64,000 bases of DNA from Heterodontus francisci. Its lineage: Eukaryota. Each line of letters opens with the position of its first letter. Within the stretch, counting starts at the first letter, position 1. The notes under the pieces are model-generated. The model did not search any database. It was not told the DNA's origin and was given only the letters and a program-made list of their open reading frames with translations. Below, piece by piece: positions 12,001 to 25,666 of this stretch. A program made the position numbers and the translations under genes. The DNA lies in contig NC_090399.1 in NCBI RefSeq assembly GCF_036365525.1, positions 57,816,430-57,880,429 on the forward strand, written 5' to 3'.

Positions 12001-15000
12001 AGAGACACAAACAGAGGGTGATTGATAAAGGTGAGACTGAATACAGTGATACAGAGAGACACAAATAGAGGAGATTGATAAAGGTGAGACTGAATAGAGT
12101 GATACAGAGAGACACAAACAGAGGGTGATTGATAAAGGTGAGACTGAATACAGTGATACAGAGTGAGACACACAAACAGAGGGTGATTGATAAAGGTGAG
12201 AGTGAATGCAGTGATACAGAGAGACACAAACAGAGGAGATTGATAAAGGTGAGACTGAATACAGTGATACAGAGAGACACAAACAGAGGGTGATTGATAA
12301 AGGTGAGACTGAATACAGTGATACAGAGAGACACAAACAGAGGAGATTGATAAAGGTGAGACTGAATACAGTGATACATAGAGACACAAACAGAGGGTGA
12401 TTGATAAAGGTGAGACTGAATACAGTGATACAGAGAGACACAAACAGAGGGTGATTGATAAAGGTGAGACTGAATACAGTGATACAGAGAGACACAAGCA
12501 GAGGAGATTGATAAAGGTGAGACTGAATACAGTGATACAGAGAGACACAAACAGAGGAGATTGATAAAGGTGAGACTGAATACAGTGATACAGAGAGTCA
12601 CAAACAGAGTGATTGATAAAGCTGAGACTTGAACACAGTGATACAAAGAGTCACAAACAGAGAATGATTGATAAAGGTGAGACTGAATACAGTGATACAG
12701 AGAGACACAAACAGAGAGTGATTGACAAAGGTGAGACTGAATACAGTGATACAGAAAGACACAAAAAGAGGGTGATTGATAAAGATGAGACTGAATACAG
12801 TGATACAAAGAGTCACAAACAGAGAATGATTGATAAAGGTGAGACTGAATACAGTGATACAGAGAGACACAAACAGAGAGTGATTGATAAAGGTGAGACT
12901 GAATACAGTGATACAGAAAGACACAAAAAGAGGGTGATTGATAAAGATGAGACTGAATACAGTGATACAAAGAGTCACAAACAGAGAATGATTGATAAAG
13001 GTGAGACTGAATACAGTGATACAGAGAGACACAAACAGAGAGTGATTGAAAAAGGTGAGACTGAATACAGTGATACAGAAAGACACGAAAAGAGGGTGAT
13101 TGATAAAGGTGAGACTGAATAGAGTGATACAGAGAGACACAAATAGAGAGTGATTGATAAAGGTGAGACTGAATACAGTGATACAGAGAGACACAAACAG
13201 AGAGTGATTGATAAAGGTGAGAGTGAATACAGTGATACAGAGAGACACAAACAGAGAGTGATTGATAAAGGTGAGACTGAATACAGTGATACAGAGAGAC
13301 ACAAACAGAGGGTGATTGATAAAGGTGAGACTGAATACAGTGATACAGAGAGACACAAACAGAGGGTGATTGATAAAGGTGAGACTGAATAGAGTGATAC
13401 AGAGAGACACAAACAGAGGAGATTGATAAAGGTGAGAATGAATACAGTGATACAGAGAGACACAAACAGAGGAGATTGATAAAGGTGAGACTGAATACAG
13501 TGATACAGAGTGAGACACACAAACAGAGGGTGATTGATAAAGGTGAGAGTGAATGCAGTGATACAGAGAGACACAAACAGAGAGTGATTGATAAAGGTGA
13601 GACTGAATACAGTGATACAGAGAGACACAAACAGAGGAGATTGATAAAGGTGAGACTGAATACAGTGATACAGAGAGACACAAACAGAGGAGATTGATAA
13701 AGGTGAGAGTGAATGCAGTGATACAGAGAGACACAAACAGAGAGTGATTGATAAAGGTGAGACTGAATACAGTGATACAGAGGGACACAAACAGAGGAGA
13801 TTGATAAAGGTGAGACTGAATACAGTGATACAGAGAGACACAAACAGAGGAGATTGATAAAGGTGAGACTGAATACAGTGATACAGAGAGACACAAACAG
13901 AGAGTGATTGATAAAGGTGAGACTGAATACAGTGATACAGAGAGACACAAACAGAGGGTGATTGATAAAGGTGAGACTGAATACAGTGATACAGAGAGAC
14001 ACAAACAGAGGAGATTGATAAAGGTGAGACTGAATACAGTGATACAGAGAGTCACAAACAGAGAGTGATTGATAAAGGTGAGACTGAATACAGTGATACA
14101 GAGAGACACAAAAAGAGGGTGATTGATAAAGATGAGACTGAATGCAGTGATACAAAGAGTCACAAACAGAGAATGATTGATAAAGGTGAGACTGAATACA
14201 GTGATACAGAGAGACACAAACAGAGGGTGATTGATAAAGGTGAGACTGAATAGAGTGATACAGAGAGACACAAACAGAGGAGATTGATAAAGGTGAGAAT
14301 GAATACAGTGATACAGAGAGACACAAACAGAGGAGATTGATAAAGGTGAGACTGAATACAGTGATACAGAGTGAGACACACAAACAGAGGGTGATTGATA
14401 AAGGTGAGAGTGAATGCAGTGATACAGAGAGACACAAACAGAGAGTGATTGATAAAGGTGAGACTGAATACAGTGATACAGAGAGACACAAACAGAGGAG
14501 ATTGATAAAGGTGAGACTGAATAGAGTGATACAGAGAGACACAAATAGAGAGTGATTGATAAAGGTGAGACTGAATACAGTGATACAGAGAGACACAAAC
14601 AGAGAGTGATTGATAAAGGTGAGAGTGAATACAGTGATACAGAGAGACACAAACAGAGAGTGATTGATAAAGGTGAGACTGAATACAGTGATACAGAGAG
14701 ACACAAACAGAGGGTGATTGATAAAGGTGAGACTGAATACAGTGATACAGAGAGACACAAACAGAGGGTGATTGATAAAGGTGAGACTGAATAGAGTGAT
14801 ACAGAGAGACACAAACAGAGGAGATTGATAAAGGTGAGAATGAATACAGTGATACAGAGAGACACAAACAGAGGAGATTGATAAAGGTGAGACTGAATAC
14901 AGTGATACAGAGTGAGACACACAAACAGAGGGTGATTGATAAAGGTGAGAGTGAATGCAGTGATACAGAGAGACACAAACAGAGAGTGATTGATAAAGGT

Positions 15001-18000
15001 GAGACTGAATACAGTGATACAGAGAGACACAAACAGAGGAGATTGATAAAGGTGAGACTGAATACAGTGATACAGAGAGACACAAACAGAGGAGATTGAT
15101 AAAGGTGAGAGTGAATGCAGTGATACAGAGAGACACAAACAGAGAGTGATTGATAAAGGTGAGACTGAATACAGTGATACAGAGGGACACAAACAGAGGA
15201 GATTGATAAAGGTGAGACTGAATACAGTGATACAGAGAGACACAAACAGAGGAGATTGATAAAGGTGAGACTGAATACAGTGATACAGAGAGACACAAAC
15301 AGAGAGTGATTGATAAAGGTGAGACTGAATACAGTGATACAGAGAGACACAAACAGAGGGTGATTGATAAAGGTGAGACTGAATACAGTGATACAGAGAG
15401 ACACAAACAGAGGAGATTGATAAAGGTGAGACTGAATACAGTGATACAGAGAGTCACAAACAGAGAGTGATTGATAAAGGTGAGACTGAATACAGTGATA
15501 CAGAGAGACACAAAAAGAGGGTGATTGATAAAGATGAGACTGAATGCAGTGATACAAAGAGTCACAAACAGAGAATGATTGATAAAGGTGAGACTGAATA
15601 CAGTGATACAGAGAGACACAAACAGAGGGTGATTGATAAAGGTGAGACTGAATAGAGTGATACAGAGAGACACAAACAGAGGAGATTGATAAAGGTGAGA
15701 ATGAATACAGTGATACAGAGAGACACAAACAGAGGAGATTGATAAAGGTGAGACTGAATACAGTGATACAGAGTGAGACACACAAACAGAGGGTGATTGA
15801 TAAAGGTGAGAGTGAATGCAGTGATACAGAGAGACACAAACAGAGAGTGATTGATAAAGGTGAGACTGAATACAGTGATACAGAGAGACACAAACAGAGG
15901 AGATTGATAAAGGTGAGACTGAATACAGTGATACAGAGAGACACAAACAGAGGAGATTGATAAAGGTGAGAGTGAATGCAGTGATACAGAGAGACACAAA
16001 CAGAGAGTGATTGATAAAGGTGAGACTGAATACAGTGATACAGAGAGACACAAACAGAGGAGATTGATAAAGGTGAGACTGAATACAGTGATACAGAGAG
16101 ACACAAACAGAGGAGATTGATAAAGGTGAGACTGAATACAGTGATACAGAGAGACACAAACAGAGAGTGATTGATAAAGGTGAGACTGAATACAGTGATA
16201 CAGAGAGACACAAACAGAGGGTGATTGATAAAGGTGAGACTGAATACAGTGATACAGAGAGACACAAACAGAGGAGATTGATAAAGGTGAGACTGAATAC
16301 AGTGATACAGAGAGTCACAAACAGAGAGTGATTGATAAAGGTGAGACTGAATACAGTGATACAGAGAGACACAAAAAGAGGGTGATTGATAAAGATGAGA
16401 CTGAATGCAGTGATACAAAGAGTCACAAACAGAGAATGATTGATAAAGGTGAGACTGAATACAGTGATACAGAGAGACACAAACAGAGAGTGATTGATAA
16501 AGGTGAGACTGAATAGAGTGATACAGAGAGACACAAACAGAGGGTGATTGATAAAGGTGAGACTGAATACAGTGATACAGAGTGAGACACACAAACAGAG
16601 GGTGATTGATAAAGGTGAGAGTGAATGCAGTGATACAGAGAGACACAAACAGAGGAGATTGATAAAGGTGAGACTGAATATAGTGATACAGAGAGACACA
16701 AACAGAGGGTGATTGATAAAGGTGAGACTGAATACAGTGATACAGAGAGACACAAACAGAGGAGATTGATAAAGGTGAGACTGAATACAGTGATACAGAG
16801 AGTCACAAACAGAGAGTGATTGATAAAGGTGAGACTGAATACAGTGATACAGAGAGACACAAACAGAGGAGATTGATAAAGGTGAGACTGAATACAGTGA
16901 TACAGAGAGACACAGACAGAGGGTGATTGATAAAGGTGAGACTGAATACAGTGATACAGAGAGACACAAATAGAGGAGATTGATAAAGGTGAGACTGAAT
17001 AGAGTGATACAGAGAGACACAAACAGAGGGTGATTGATAAAGGTGAGACTGAATACAGTGATACAGAGTGAGACACACAAACAGAGGGTGATTGATAAAG
17101 GTGAGAGTGAATGCAGTGATACAGAGAGACACAAACAGAGGAGATTGATAAAGGTGAGACTGAATACAGTGATACAGAGAGACACAAACAGAGGGTGATT
17201 GATAAAGGTGAGACTGAATACAGTGATACAGAGAGACACAAACAGAGGAGATTGATAAAGGTGAGACTGAATACAGTGATACAGAGAGACACAAACAGAG
17301 GGTGATTGATAAAGGTGAGACTGAATACAGTGATACAGAGAGACACAAACAGAGGGTGATTGATAAAGGTGTGACTGAATACAGTGATACAGAGAGACAC
17401 AAGCAGAGGAGATTGATAAAGGTGAGACTGAATACAGTGATACAGAGAGTCACAAACAGAGAGTGATTGATAAAGGTGAGACTGAATACAGTGATACAGA
17501 GAGACACAAACAGAGGAGATTGATAAAGGTGAGACTGAATACAGTGATACAGAGAGTCACAAACAGAGAGTGATTGATAAAGCTGAGACTTGAACACAGT
17601 GATACAAAGAGTCACAAACAGAGAATGATTGATAAAGGTGAGACTGAATACAGTGATACAGAGAGACACAAACAGAGAGTGATTGATAAAGGTGAGACTG
17701 AATACAGTGATACAGAAAGACACAAAAAGAGGGTGATTGATAAAGATGAGACTGAATACAGTGATACAAAGAGTCACAAACAGAGAATGATTGATAAAGG
17801 TGAGACTGAATACAGTGATACAGAGAGACACAAACAGAGAGTGATTGATAAAGGTGAGACTGAATACAGTGATACAGAAAGACACAAAAAGAGGGTGATT
17901 GATAAAGATGAGACTGAATACAGTGATACAAAGAGTCACAAACAGAGAATGATTGATAAAGGTGAGACTGAATACAGTGATACAGAGAGACACAAACAGA

Positions 18001-19710
18001 GAGTGATTGATAAAGGTGAGACTGAATACAGTGATACAGAAAGACACAAAAAGAGGGTGATTGATAAAGATGAGACTGAATACAGTGATACAAAGAGTCA
18101 CAAACAGAGAATGATTGATAAAGGTGAGACTGAACACAGTGATACAGAGAGACACAAACAGAGGAGATTGATAAAGGTGAGACTGAATACAGTGATACAG
18201 AGAGTCACAAACAGAGAGTGATTGATAAAGCTGAGACTTGAACACAGTGATACAAAGAGTCACAAACAGAGAATGATTGATAAAGGTGAGACTGAATACA
18301 GTGATACAGAGAGACACAAACAGAGAGTGATTGATAAAGGTGAGACTGAATACAGTGATACAGAAAGACACAAAAAGAGGGTGATTGATAAAGGTGAGAC
18401 TGAATACAGTGATCCAGAGAGACACAAACAGAGAGTGATTGATAAAGGTGAGACTGAATACAGTGATACAGAGAGACACAAAAAGAGGGTGATTGATAAA
18501 GGTGAGACTGAATACAGTGATCCAGAGAGACACAAACAGAGAGTGATTGATAAAGGTGAGACTGAATACAGTGATACAGAGAGACACAAACAGAGGGTGA
18601 TTGATAAAGGTGAGACTGAATACAGTGATACAGAGAGACACAAACAGAGAGTGATTGATAAAGGTGAGACTGAATACAGTGATACAGAGAGACACAAACA
18701 GAGGGTGATTGATAAAGGTGAGACTGAATACAGTGATACAGAGAGATACAAACAGAGGGTGATTGATAAAGGTGAGACTGAATAGAGTGATACAGAGAGA
18801 CACAAACAGAGGAGATTGATAAAGGTGAGACTGAATACAGTGATACAGAGAGACACAAACAGAGAGTGATTGATAAAGGTGAGAATGAATACAGTGATAC
18901 AGAGAGACACAAACAGAGAGTGATTGATAAAGGTGTGAGTGAATACAGTGATACAGTGTGAGACACAAACAGAGAGTGATTGATAAAGGTGAGACTGAAT
19001 ACAGTGATACAGAGAGACACAAACAGAGGAGATTGATAAAGGTGAGACTGAATACAGTGATACAGAGTGAGACGCACAAACAGAGGGTGATTGATAAAGG
19101 TAAGACTGAATACAGTGATACAGTGTGAGACACAAACAGAGGAGATTGATAAAGGTGAGAATGAATACAGTGATACAGAGTGAGACGCACAAACAGAGGG
19201 TGATTGATAAAGGTAAGACTGAATACAGTGATACAGTGTGAGACACAAACAGAGGAGATTGATAAAGGTGAGAATGAATACAGTGATACAGAGAAACACA
19301 AACAGAGAGTGATTGATAAAGGTGAGAATGAATACAGTGATACAGAGAGACACAAACAGAGAGTGATTGATAAAGGTGAGAATGAATACAGTGATACAGA
19401 GTGAGACGCACAAACAGAGGAGATTGATAAAGGTGAGACTGAATACAGTGATACAGAGAGACACAAACAGAGGGTGATTGATAAAGGTGAGACTGAATAC
19501 AGTGATACATTGTGAGACACAAACAGAGAGTGATTGATAAAGTTGAGACTGAATACAGTGATACAGAGAGACACAAACAGAGGAGATTGATAAAGGTAAG
19601 ACTGAATACAGTGATACAGAGTGAGACGCACAAACAGAGGGTGATTGATAAAGGTGAGACAGAATACAGTGATACAGAGTGAGACACAAATAGAGGAGGT
19701 TGATAAATGT
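9077..19710 (+). repeat. satellite array, 54-bp monomer GATTGATAAAGGTGAGACTGAATACAGTGATACAGAGAGACACAAACAGAGGGT (53/55/56-bp variants)
   Basis: Visible directly; ~10.6 kb, roughly 195-200 monomers. Confidence 0.99.
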
Positions 19711-20189
19711 GTATATATTGTAAAGTGCAGGGACATGGAATGGGATGGGTTTATTCCAGTTGACCTTGTACAGGGTAGGAAAGGAATCTGTGCTGTTTTG
19801 TGTAGAACAAATTGAGAATGAACAGGATCAGTAAAAGGAAATTATTCCACATGAGCCCAGAGTGGGACAGGCAGACACAGCCCGAATCTCACTGTATAAA
19901 GTAGTGGTCCTCAGACTGGGGCTCACTGGACCGCAGGATGTCTCTATTGCCTTTCCAGAGGGTTTGCTTCATAATCTCTGGCGTGGGACTGAGAGAGAAA
20001 AAACAGAAGGGGGAGAAAGGGAATGAACAATAAAAAGGCAAGCCGCCAGCTTTTTATGAATTAACAGTGGTTTGTGTTAGAACCTCACATTTACTTTCAA
20101 TGGGAGTGAAGGTGGGAGGCCAGCTTCTGCTGTGATTCTCGGGTGCATTTAATTTTGACTCATGCAGTTAGCAAGTGCCATTATAATGC

Positions 20190-20390
20190 TAAAATAAAAG
20201 CAAAATACTGCAGATGCTGAAAATCTGAAATGAAAACAAAAATTGCTGGAAATTCTCAGCAGGTCTGGCAGCATCTGTGGAGAGAGAAGCAGAGTTAACG
20301 TTTCAGGTCAGTGACCTTTCATCAGAACACATAATGCTACCTGCCTGCTGAGCATTTCCACCATTTTATCTTGATATTAATCTCTTGTTG
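20190..20390 (-). mobile_element. Penelope-derived short element with partial inverted repeat
   Basis: Same family as 25572-25666, 51860-51962 and 53920-54145; contains a hammerhead motif. Confidence 0.7.
20294..20328 (-). ncRNA. minimal type I hammerhead ribozyme motif
   Basis: Minus strand reads GTT-CTGATGA-A-AGGTC(ACT)GACCT-GAAACGTT-AAC: intact CUGANGA/GAAA core, helix II, palindromic ACGT helix III and a short helix I. Confidence 0.65.
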
Positions 20391-20784
20391 GTTTAATTCT
20401 TATAATCATGGAAATTCTGTCAGTTGGCTGAACTAAAATCTTCCACCATATATATAAATCCCTTGCATTGTTAAATAACACTGAAACTAGGCTGGGTTTG
20501 AACTGTTCTGTAAAATAATCCCAAGAATGTCACTTTCCAGTGAGTACTAGGTAATGGAATTAGAGGGAAAGGAACTCGTCTGTTTAAAGGATGTTTAAAA
20601 AAAAAAGTAACCTGCTTTGAGTCTGTTAAACGTCTGAAATGGTGTGACTGCTGCTAATACTGATTTAGCCAACAGCTGTTTGTATTGGATATGAACTGAT
20701 TGTGTGTATAGACCATGAAGAAACAATATTTAATGACATTAAAAGCAGTTCAGTTGGCATCATTAGAATGTTAGCAGATCCGCA

Positions 20785-22203
20785 CAGAATCACAGAATCG
20801 TTACAGCACAGAAGGAGGCCATTCGGCCCATCATGTCTGCACCAGCTCTCGGAGTGAGTAATTCGCTTAGTGCAGTTCCCACCCCCACCCCCGCTTTCTC
20901 TCCATAACCCTGTGCATTCTTCATTTTCAGGTAACTGACTAATTCCCTATTGAATGGCTTGTTTGAACCTGCCTCCACCACGCTATCAGGCAGTGCATTC
21001 CAGATCCCAACCACTCGCTGTGTGAAAAGGTTTTTCCTCATGTCACCATTGCTTCCTATATCAATTATCTTAAATCTGTGCCCTCCCGTTCTCGATCCTT
21101 TCATGAATTTCTCCTTCTCTATTCTGTCCAGATCCCTCATGATTTTGAATACCTCTATCAAAACTCCTCTCAGCTTTCTCTTCTCCAAAGAAAACAGTCC
21201 AAATTTCTCCAGTCTATCCTCGTAAATGAAGTTTCTTATCCTTGGAACCATTCTTGTGAATCTTTTCCGGATTCTTTCCAATCCCTTCAAGTCTTTCCTT
21301 AAATGTGGCACCCAGAACTGGATGCAATACTCCAGCTGAGGCCAAACTAGTGTCTTATAGAAGTTCAACATAACCTCCTTGCTCTTGTACTCTATGCACC
21401 TATTAATAAAACCTAGGATACTGCATACATTATTGACCGCACTCTCAACCTATCCTGCCATCTTCAATGACTTATGCACATATACTCACAGGTCCCTCTG
21501 TTCCTGCACCACCCTTTAGAATTGTACCCTTTATTTTATATTGTCTCCATGTTCTTCCTACCAAAATGAATCATTTCATATTTCTCTGCATTGAACTTCT
21601 TCTGCCACTTGTCCACCCATTCCACCAGCTTGTCTATGTGCTTTTGAAGTTCTACACTATCCCCCTCATAGTTCACAATGTTTCCAAGTTTCGTATCATC
21701 CGCAAATTTTGAAATTGTGCCCTGTACACCAAGGTCAAAGTCATTAATATAGATTAGGAAGAGCAAAGGCCCTAACACTGACCCCTGGGGAACTCCACTA
21801 CAAACCTTCCTCCAGCCCGTAAAACATCCATTAATCACTACTCTCTGTTTCCTGTCACTCAGCCAATTTCGTATCCATGTTGCTACTGTCCCTTTTATTC
21901 CATGAGCTATGACTGAGCTCACAAGTCGGTTGTGTGTCACTGTATCAAATGTCTTTTGGATGTCCATGTACACCACATCAACAGCATTGCACTCATCAAC
22001 CATCTCAGTTGCCCCTTCCAAAACTCCAGCAAGTTAGTTAAACATGATTTTCCCGAGACAGATCCATGCTGGCTTTTCTTAATTAACCCGCATCTGTCCA
22101 TGTGACTATTAATTTTGTCCTGAATTATTGTTTCTAGAAGTTTCCCCACCACCAATGTTAAACTGATTGGCCTGTAGTTGCTGGGCTTATCTTTACATCC
22201 TTT
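20785..22203 (-). mobile_element. CR1 LINE, 5'-truncated
   Basis: RT ORF pieces 21937-22155, 21536-22021 (GVPQGSVLGPLLF, FADD) and 20790-21371; CR1 tail. Confidence 0.93.
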
Positions 22204-22240
22204 AACTTTGTTTTATCTAGTTATCTCATTACTGTCTATG

Positions 22241-22451
22241 TGTTAATTGCATATGAATTGTGTTTAATTATATGCAGGTGGAGGGCATTAATTAGGATTT
22301 CACTTGAGCACATGTAAAGAGACACTTACTGAAACTGTGGTTGAGTTAGGAGCTGTGTCCATGTAATGTTTGACTCTGTAAATAAATGTGAGATTGACTA
22401 AAGATTGGCTCCAGTGCTTTCCTTCACCAACTGGCTTCCTGGAATATAATA
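22241..22451 (+). repeat. Copia 5' LTR
   Basis: Begins TGTTAATTG; aligns by eye with 31975-32178. Confidence 0.85.
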
Positions 22452-22469
22452 TGGTAGCAGAGGATAGTT
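22452..22469 (+). promoter_or_regulatory. primer binding site complementary to the tRNA-iMet 3' end
   Basis: TGGTAGCAGAGGATAGTT directly after the LTR; one mismatch to TGGTAGCAGAGGATGGTT, the complement of the vertebrate initiator tRNA-Met 3' end. Confidence 0.88.
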
Positions 22470-23249
22470 GCCTAAAGGTGAAGGTAGAAAAGCAAGAAAA
22501 AAAATGAGACAGAAGACTACAATCCTAATAGCCATTGTGAGAAATGACAGAAAGTGAGTGTAAATTATCTGGGTTTGATTACCCTCCAATGTTCTCAGAG
22601 TGAGCCATGTAACCAGTGGAAGCATGAAGTGGATTGGTGGACATGAGTTATGCCCCTACCAAACAGGAAACAAGGTATGGCCTTGGCATTGTCAATTCTT
22701 ACAAGAAGTAAAATCAGAAGAAAAGTATTTTGTGAGCGAAGTGCTCATCAGTTGAATACTGATGAAGGTTTGGATCTTCCATGAGAGTTCTTGGATGAAA
22801 TCTACAAGAAATATCATCTATTAAATGCCTATGAGGCATGGTCAGAATCTGATAGATTTCAGAAGACAGATAGTTAGTCAATGGAAGAATATACCATGGA
22901 TTCTAACAGACTGCATAAAGATTGAGGAAATTCAATTTAGAGATCCCTGGTTCAGTGCTAGCATTTAAATTGCTGGATTATACTAAGGTTGCATATGGAT
23001 AGGCTCCTGGTTCGAAATGGTTTTTGGTTCTCAGAGAGAATCCTGTTGGATTAGATGTCTGCTGCCTTGAAAAAAATCCAGAGGAAACAGTCATTTGCTG
23101 CAGTCTTTGTTGAACAGATGGAATATTTTGCAGTGACACAAAGAATAGAAAACTCAATGATTGCCAGATTTGAAATGGTCCAGATATTGGATACAGGCAG
23201 ACAAAGGAAGAATGACAGACAGGTGGAATGAGCATGAAAGCTATTTACA

Positions 23250-23410
23250 TTCAATTAATGAATAATAAATCTGGAATTGAGAGCTAGTCTCAGTAATGGT
23301 GCTATGAAACTATCATTGATTATTGCAAAAAACCCATCTGGTTCACATATGTCCTCTACAGAATGAAATCTGTCATCCTTACCTGGTCTGGCCTACATGT
23401 GACCCACATG
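23250..23410 (+). mobile_element. SINE/LINE-5'UTR body fragment
   Basis: aaaacccatctggttcac...ccttacctggtctggcctacatgtgac matches 35800-35940 (minus). Confidence 0.7.
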
Positions 23411-23567
23411 AGATTTGGCTACTACAGCAGAAGACAGAATTGGAATAGCAATAATAGGTGAATCCCAGGAATGCCAAGGAACAGTTAATAAGTGTTTCAG
23501 GTGTGACTCAAAGTGTTGTTATGTGATGAACTGCCCACAGCAAAGAGGCAGGGTCCTCGAAAGGGCA

Positions 23568-23720
23568 TTTTTTTTTTTTATTCATTCATGGGATGTGGGC
23601 ATCACTGGCAAGGCCAGCATTTGTTGCCAGTCCCTAATTGCCCTTGAACTGAATGGCTTTCGAGGCCATTTCAGAGGGCATTTTAAGAGTCAATCACATT
23701 CCTGTGCGGCACATGTAGGC
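23568..23720 (-). mobile_element. SINE 3' part: LINE-5'UTR-like body joined to the LINE 3' tail
   Basis: Body matches 35740-35815 and tail matches 28700-28775; ends in polyA. Confidence 0.75.
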
Positions 23721-24527
23721 TCTGCCTCTCAAGGATTGGCCTTCACAGCCATCAGCAAAGGTGCACCAAAAGAAGACACTCCACCTAAATAGATTGTTTG
23801 CTCCGTGTCCATCATGTTTGATAGATGGAGTTTCCGGCTGGAGTAAGCCACTTTATCAGTCCTGATACAATCTCCAGTGACATACCTCTGCTGCTGAATA
23901 AAGCACAAATGAAACTTGACATGGAACATAACAAGGCAGTGGATCTGGAGTTTATCCAATCAGGACATTATTGTATCCCCCTAACACAACCTAATGTTTC
24001 ACATCAGAGTATAAGACAAGAATTAATGGCATCAGGTGATAAGAATCAGAGAGGAAAACAAACAAATTGTCTTAAAGTTGCATAGACAATTTACACACTC
24101 TACTTGTCAATGGTTAAAAATCCTGTTAAAAGATGCTGGTGTGGTTGATGAAGGTTCTATGAGGTTAATAGAAGAGATTAGTGAGAATTGTGAAATCTGT
24201 AAAAAGTATCGAAGGACACTGCCGCGGCCTATTGCCAACCTTCCATTGACAAGTGACTTTAACAAGGGAGTTGTCCTGGATCTAAAGGTGTGGGACAAAG
24301 ACAGAAATATTTTTATTCTACATTTTATTGACCAGACAATTTGATTCCGTCTTTTAATAATAATTCATAGCAAGGACAAAAGGGTGATTATAGATACAAT
24401 CATGGAGAAATGGATAGGGACTGGACTTGGGGCACTGACTGATAATGGAGGGGAATTTGCCAATGATGAGTTCAGACACATGTGTGAAAAGATAAACATT
24501 ATGGTCATGAATTCGACTGCTGAAAGT

Positions 24528-24840
24528 CCTAGTCTAGAACTAGGGGTCACTGTTTTAAAATAAGGGGTCACCCATTTAAGACAAAGATGAGAATTTTTTT
24601 TTCTCTCAGAGGGTTGTGAGTCTTTGGAATTCTCCTCCTCAAAAAGCGATGGAAGCAGAGTCTTTTAATATTTTTAAGGCAGAGGTAGATAGATTCTTGA
24701 TAAGCAAGGGGGGAAAGGTTATTGGGGGAAGGTGGGAATGTGGAGTTGAGCTTACAATCAGATCAGCCATGATCTTATTGAATGGCGGAATAGGCTCAAG
24801 GAGCCAGGTGGCCTTCTCCTGCTCCTAATTTGTATGTTCG
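24528..24840 (+). mobile_element. CR1 3' fragment inside the Copia integrase
   Basis: SLWNS.PQKAMEAES.NIFKAEVDRFL plus CR1 tail; interrupts integrase between TAES and PFSNGLCER. Confidence 0.85.
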
Positions 24841-25571
24841 TATATCCTTTCAGCAATGGACTCTGTGAAAGGAATCACACGGCAATCAATGAAATGCTGC
24901 TTAAAATCCAGATGATCAAGCAAACTGCAAGTTGGCAACTGCTCTGGCATGGGCAGTTCATGCAAAGAATCCGTGTCAGATGGTTGGGGGATATAGTCCC
25001 TCTCAATTGGTCTATGGGCGAAATCTAAAATTGCTTTCTGTGCTGTGCGATAGTCCTCCAGCACGAGAAGGTACTACAGTTAGTTCCATTTTTGCTGCAC
25101 ACTTGACTTCTTTACATGCAGGGAGACGGGCTTTCATCAAGACTGAGTTCTCTGAGAAAATTTGAAGAGCTGTGAGGCATCAAGTAAGGCCATTTTAAAC
25201 AGAATTTAATTCAGGATGTTTGGTGTATTATAAAAGAGAGGGTCATAGGAAATGGAAATGCCCTGGTAATGTAATAGATCATGATGGGAAGACACTACTT
25301 ATCAAACATTTCAATCAAACTGTTAAGCTTCATTCTTCATGATTAGTCAGAGTTGATTACAAAATCTCAGAATCTGAGCAGCTGATAGAAGGAAACAAGG
25401 CACCTTGTACCTCAAATGCTCATGTGTTTTGTGAGAAGGTCCTGAGGAACAAAATACAGTGATCAAGGGCGGATACTGGTAACATGAGTGATCATGAAAC
25501 ACAGGACAGAGCTATTACATCCAAAGACCAATTGTCCACAGTGGGTCCATGAGTGATGTATATTCCAGAGG

Positions 25572-25666
25572 TTCTGAAGAAAGGTCACTGACCTGAAACG
25601 TTAACTCTACTTCTCTCTCCACAGATGCTGCCAGACCTGCTGAGTATTTCCAGTGTTTCTCATGTT
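25572..25666 (+). mobile_element. Penelope-derived 95-bp insertion with 13-bp TSD and hammerhead motif
   Basis: TATATTCCAGAGG at 25559-25571 and 25667-25679; GTT-CTGAAGA-A-AGGTC(ACT)GACCT-GAAACGTT-AAC at 25571-25605. Confidence 0.75.

Noticed and set aside
9077-19710. CRISPR-like regular array
   Set aside because: Head-to-tail monomers with no unique spacers, no cas genes, eukaryotic context.
8918-19736. Very long minus-strand ORFs (up to 2393 aa, Cys/Leu/Ser-rich) and plus-strand IDKGETEYSDTERHKQR repeats
   Set aside because: By-product of a 54-bp monomer that mostly lacks stops on one strand. Frames shift freely at 53/55/56-bp variants and there is no gene context.
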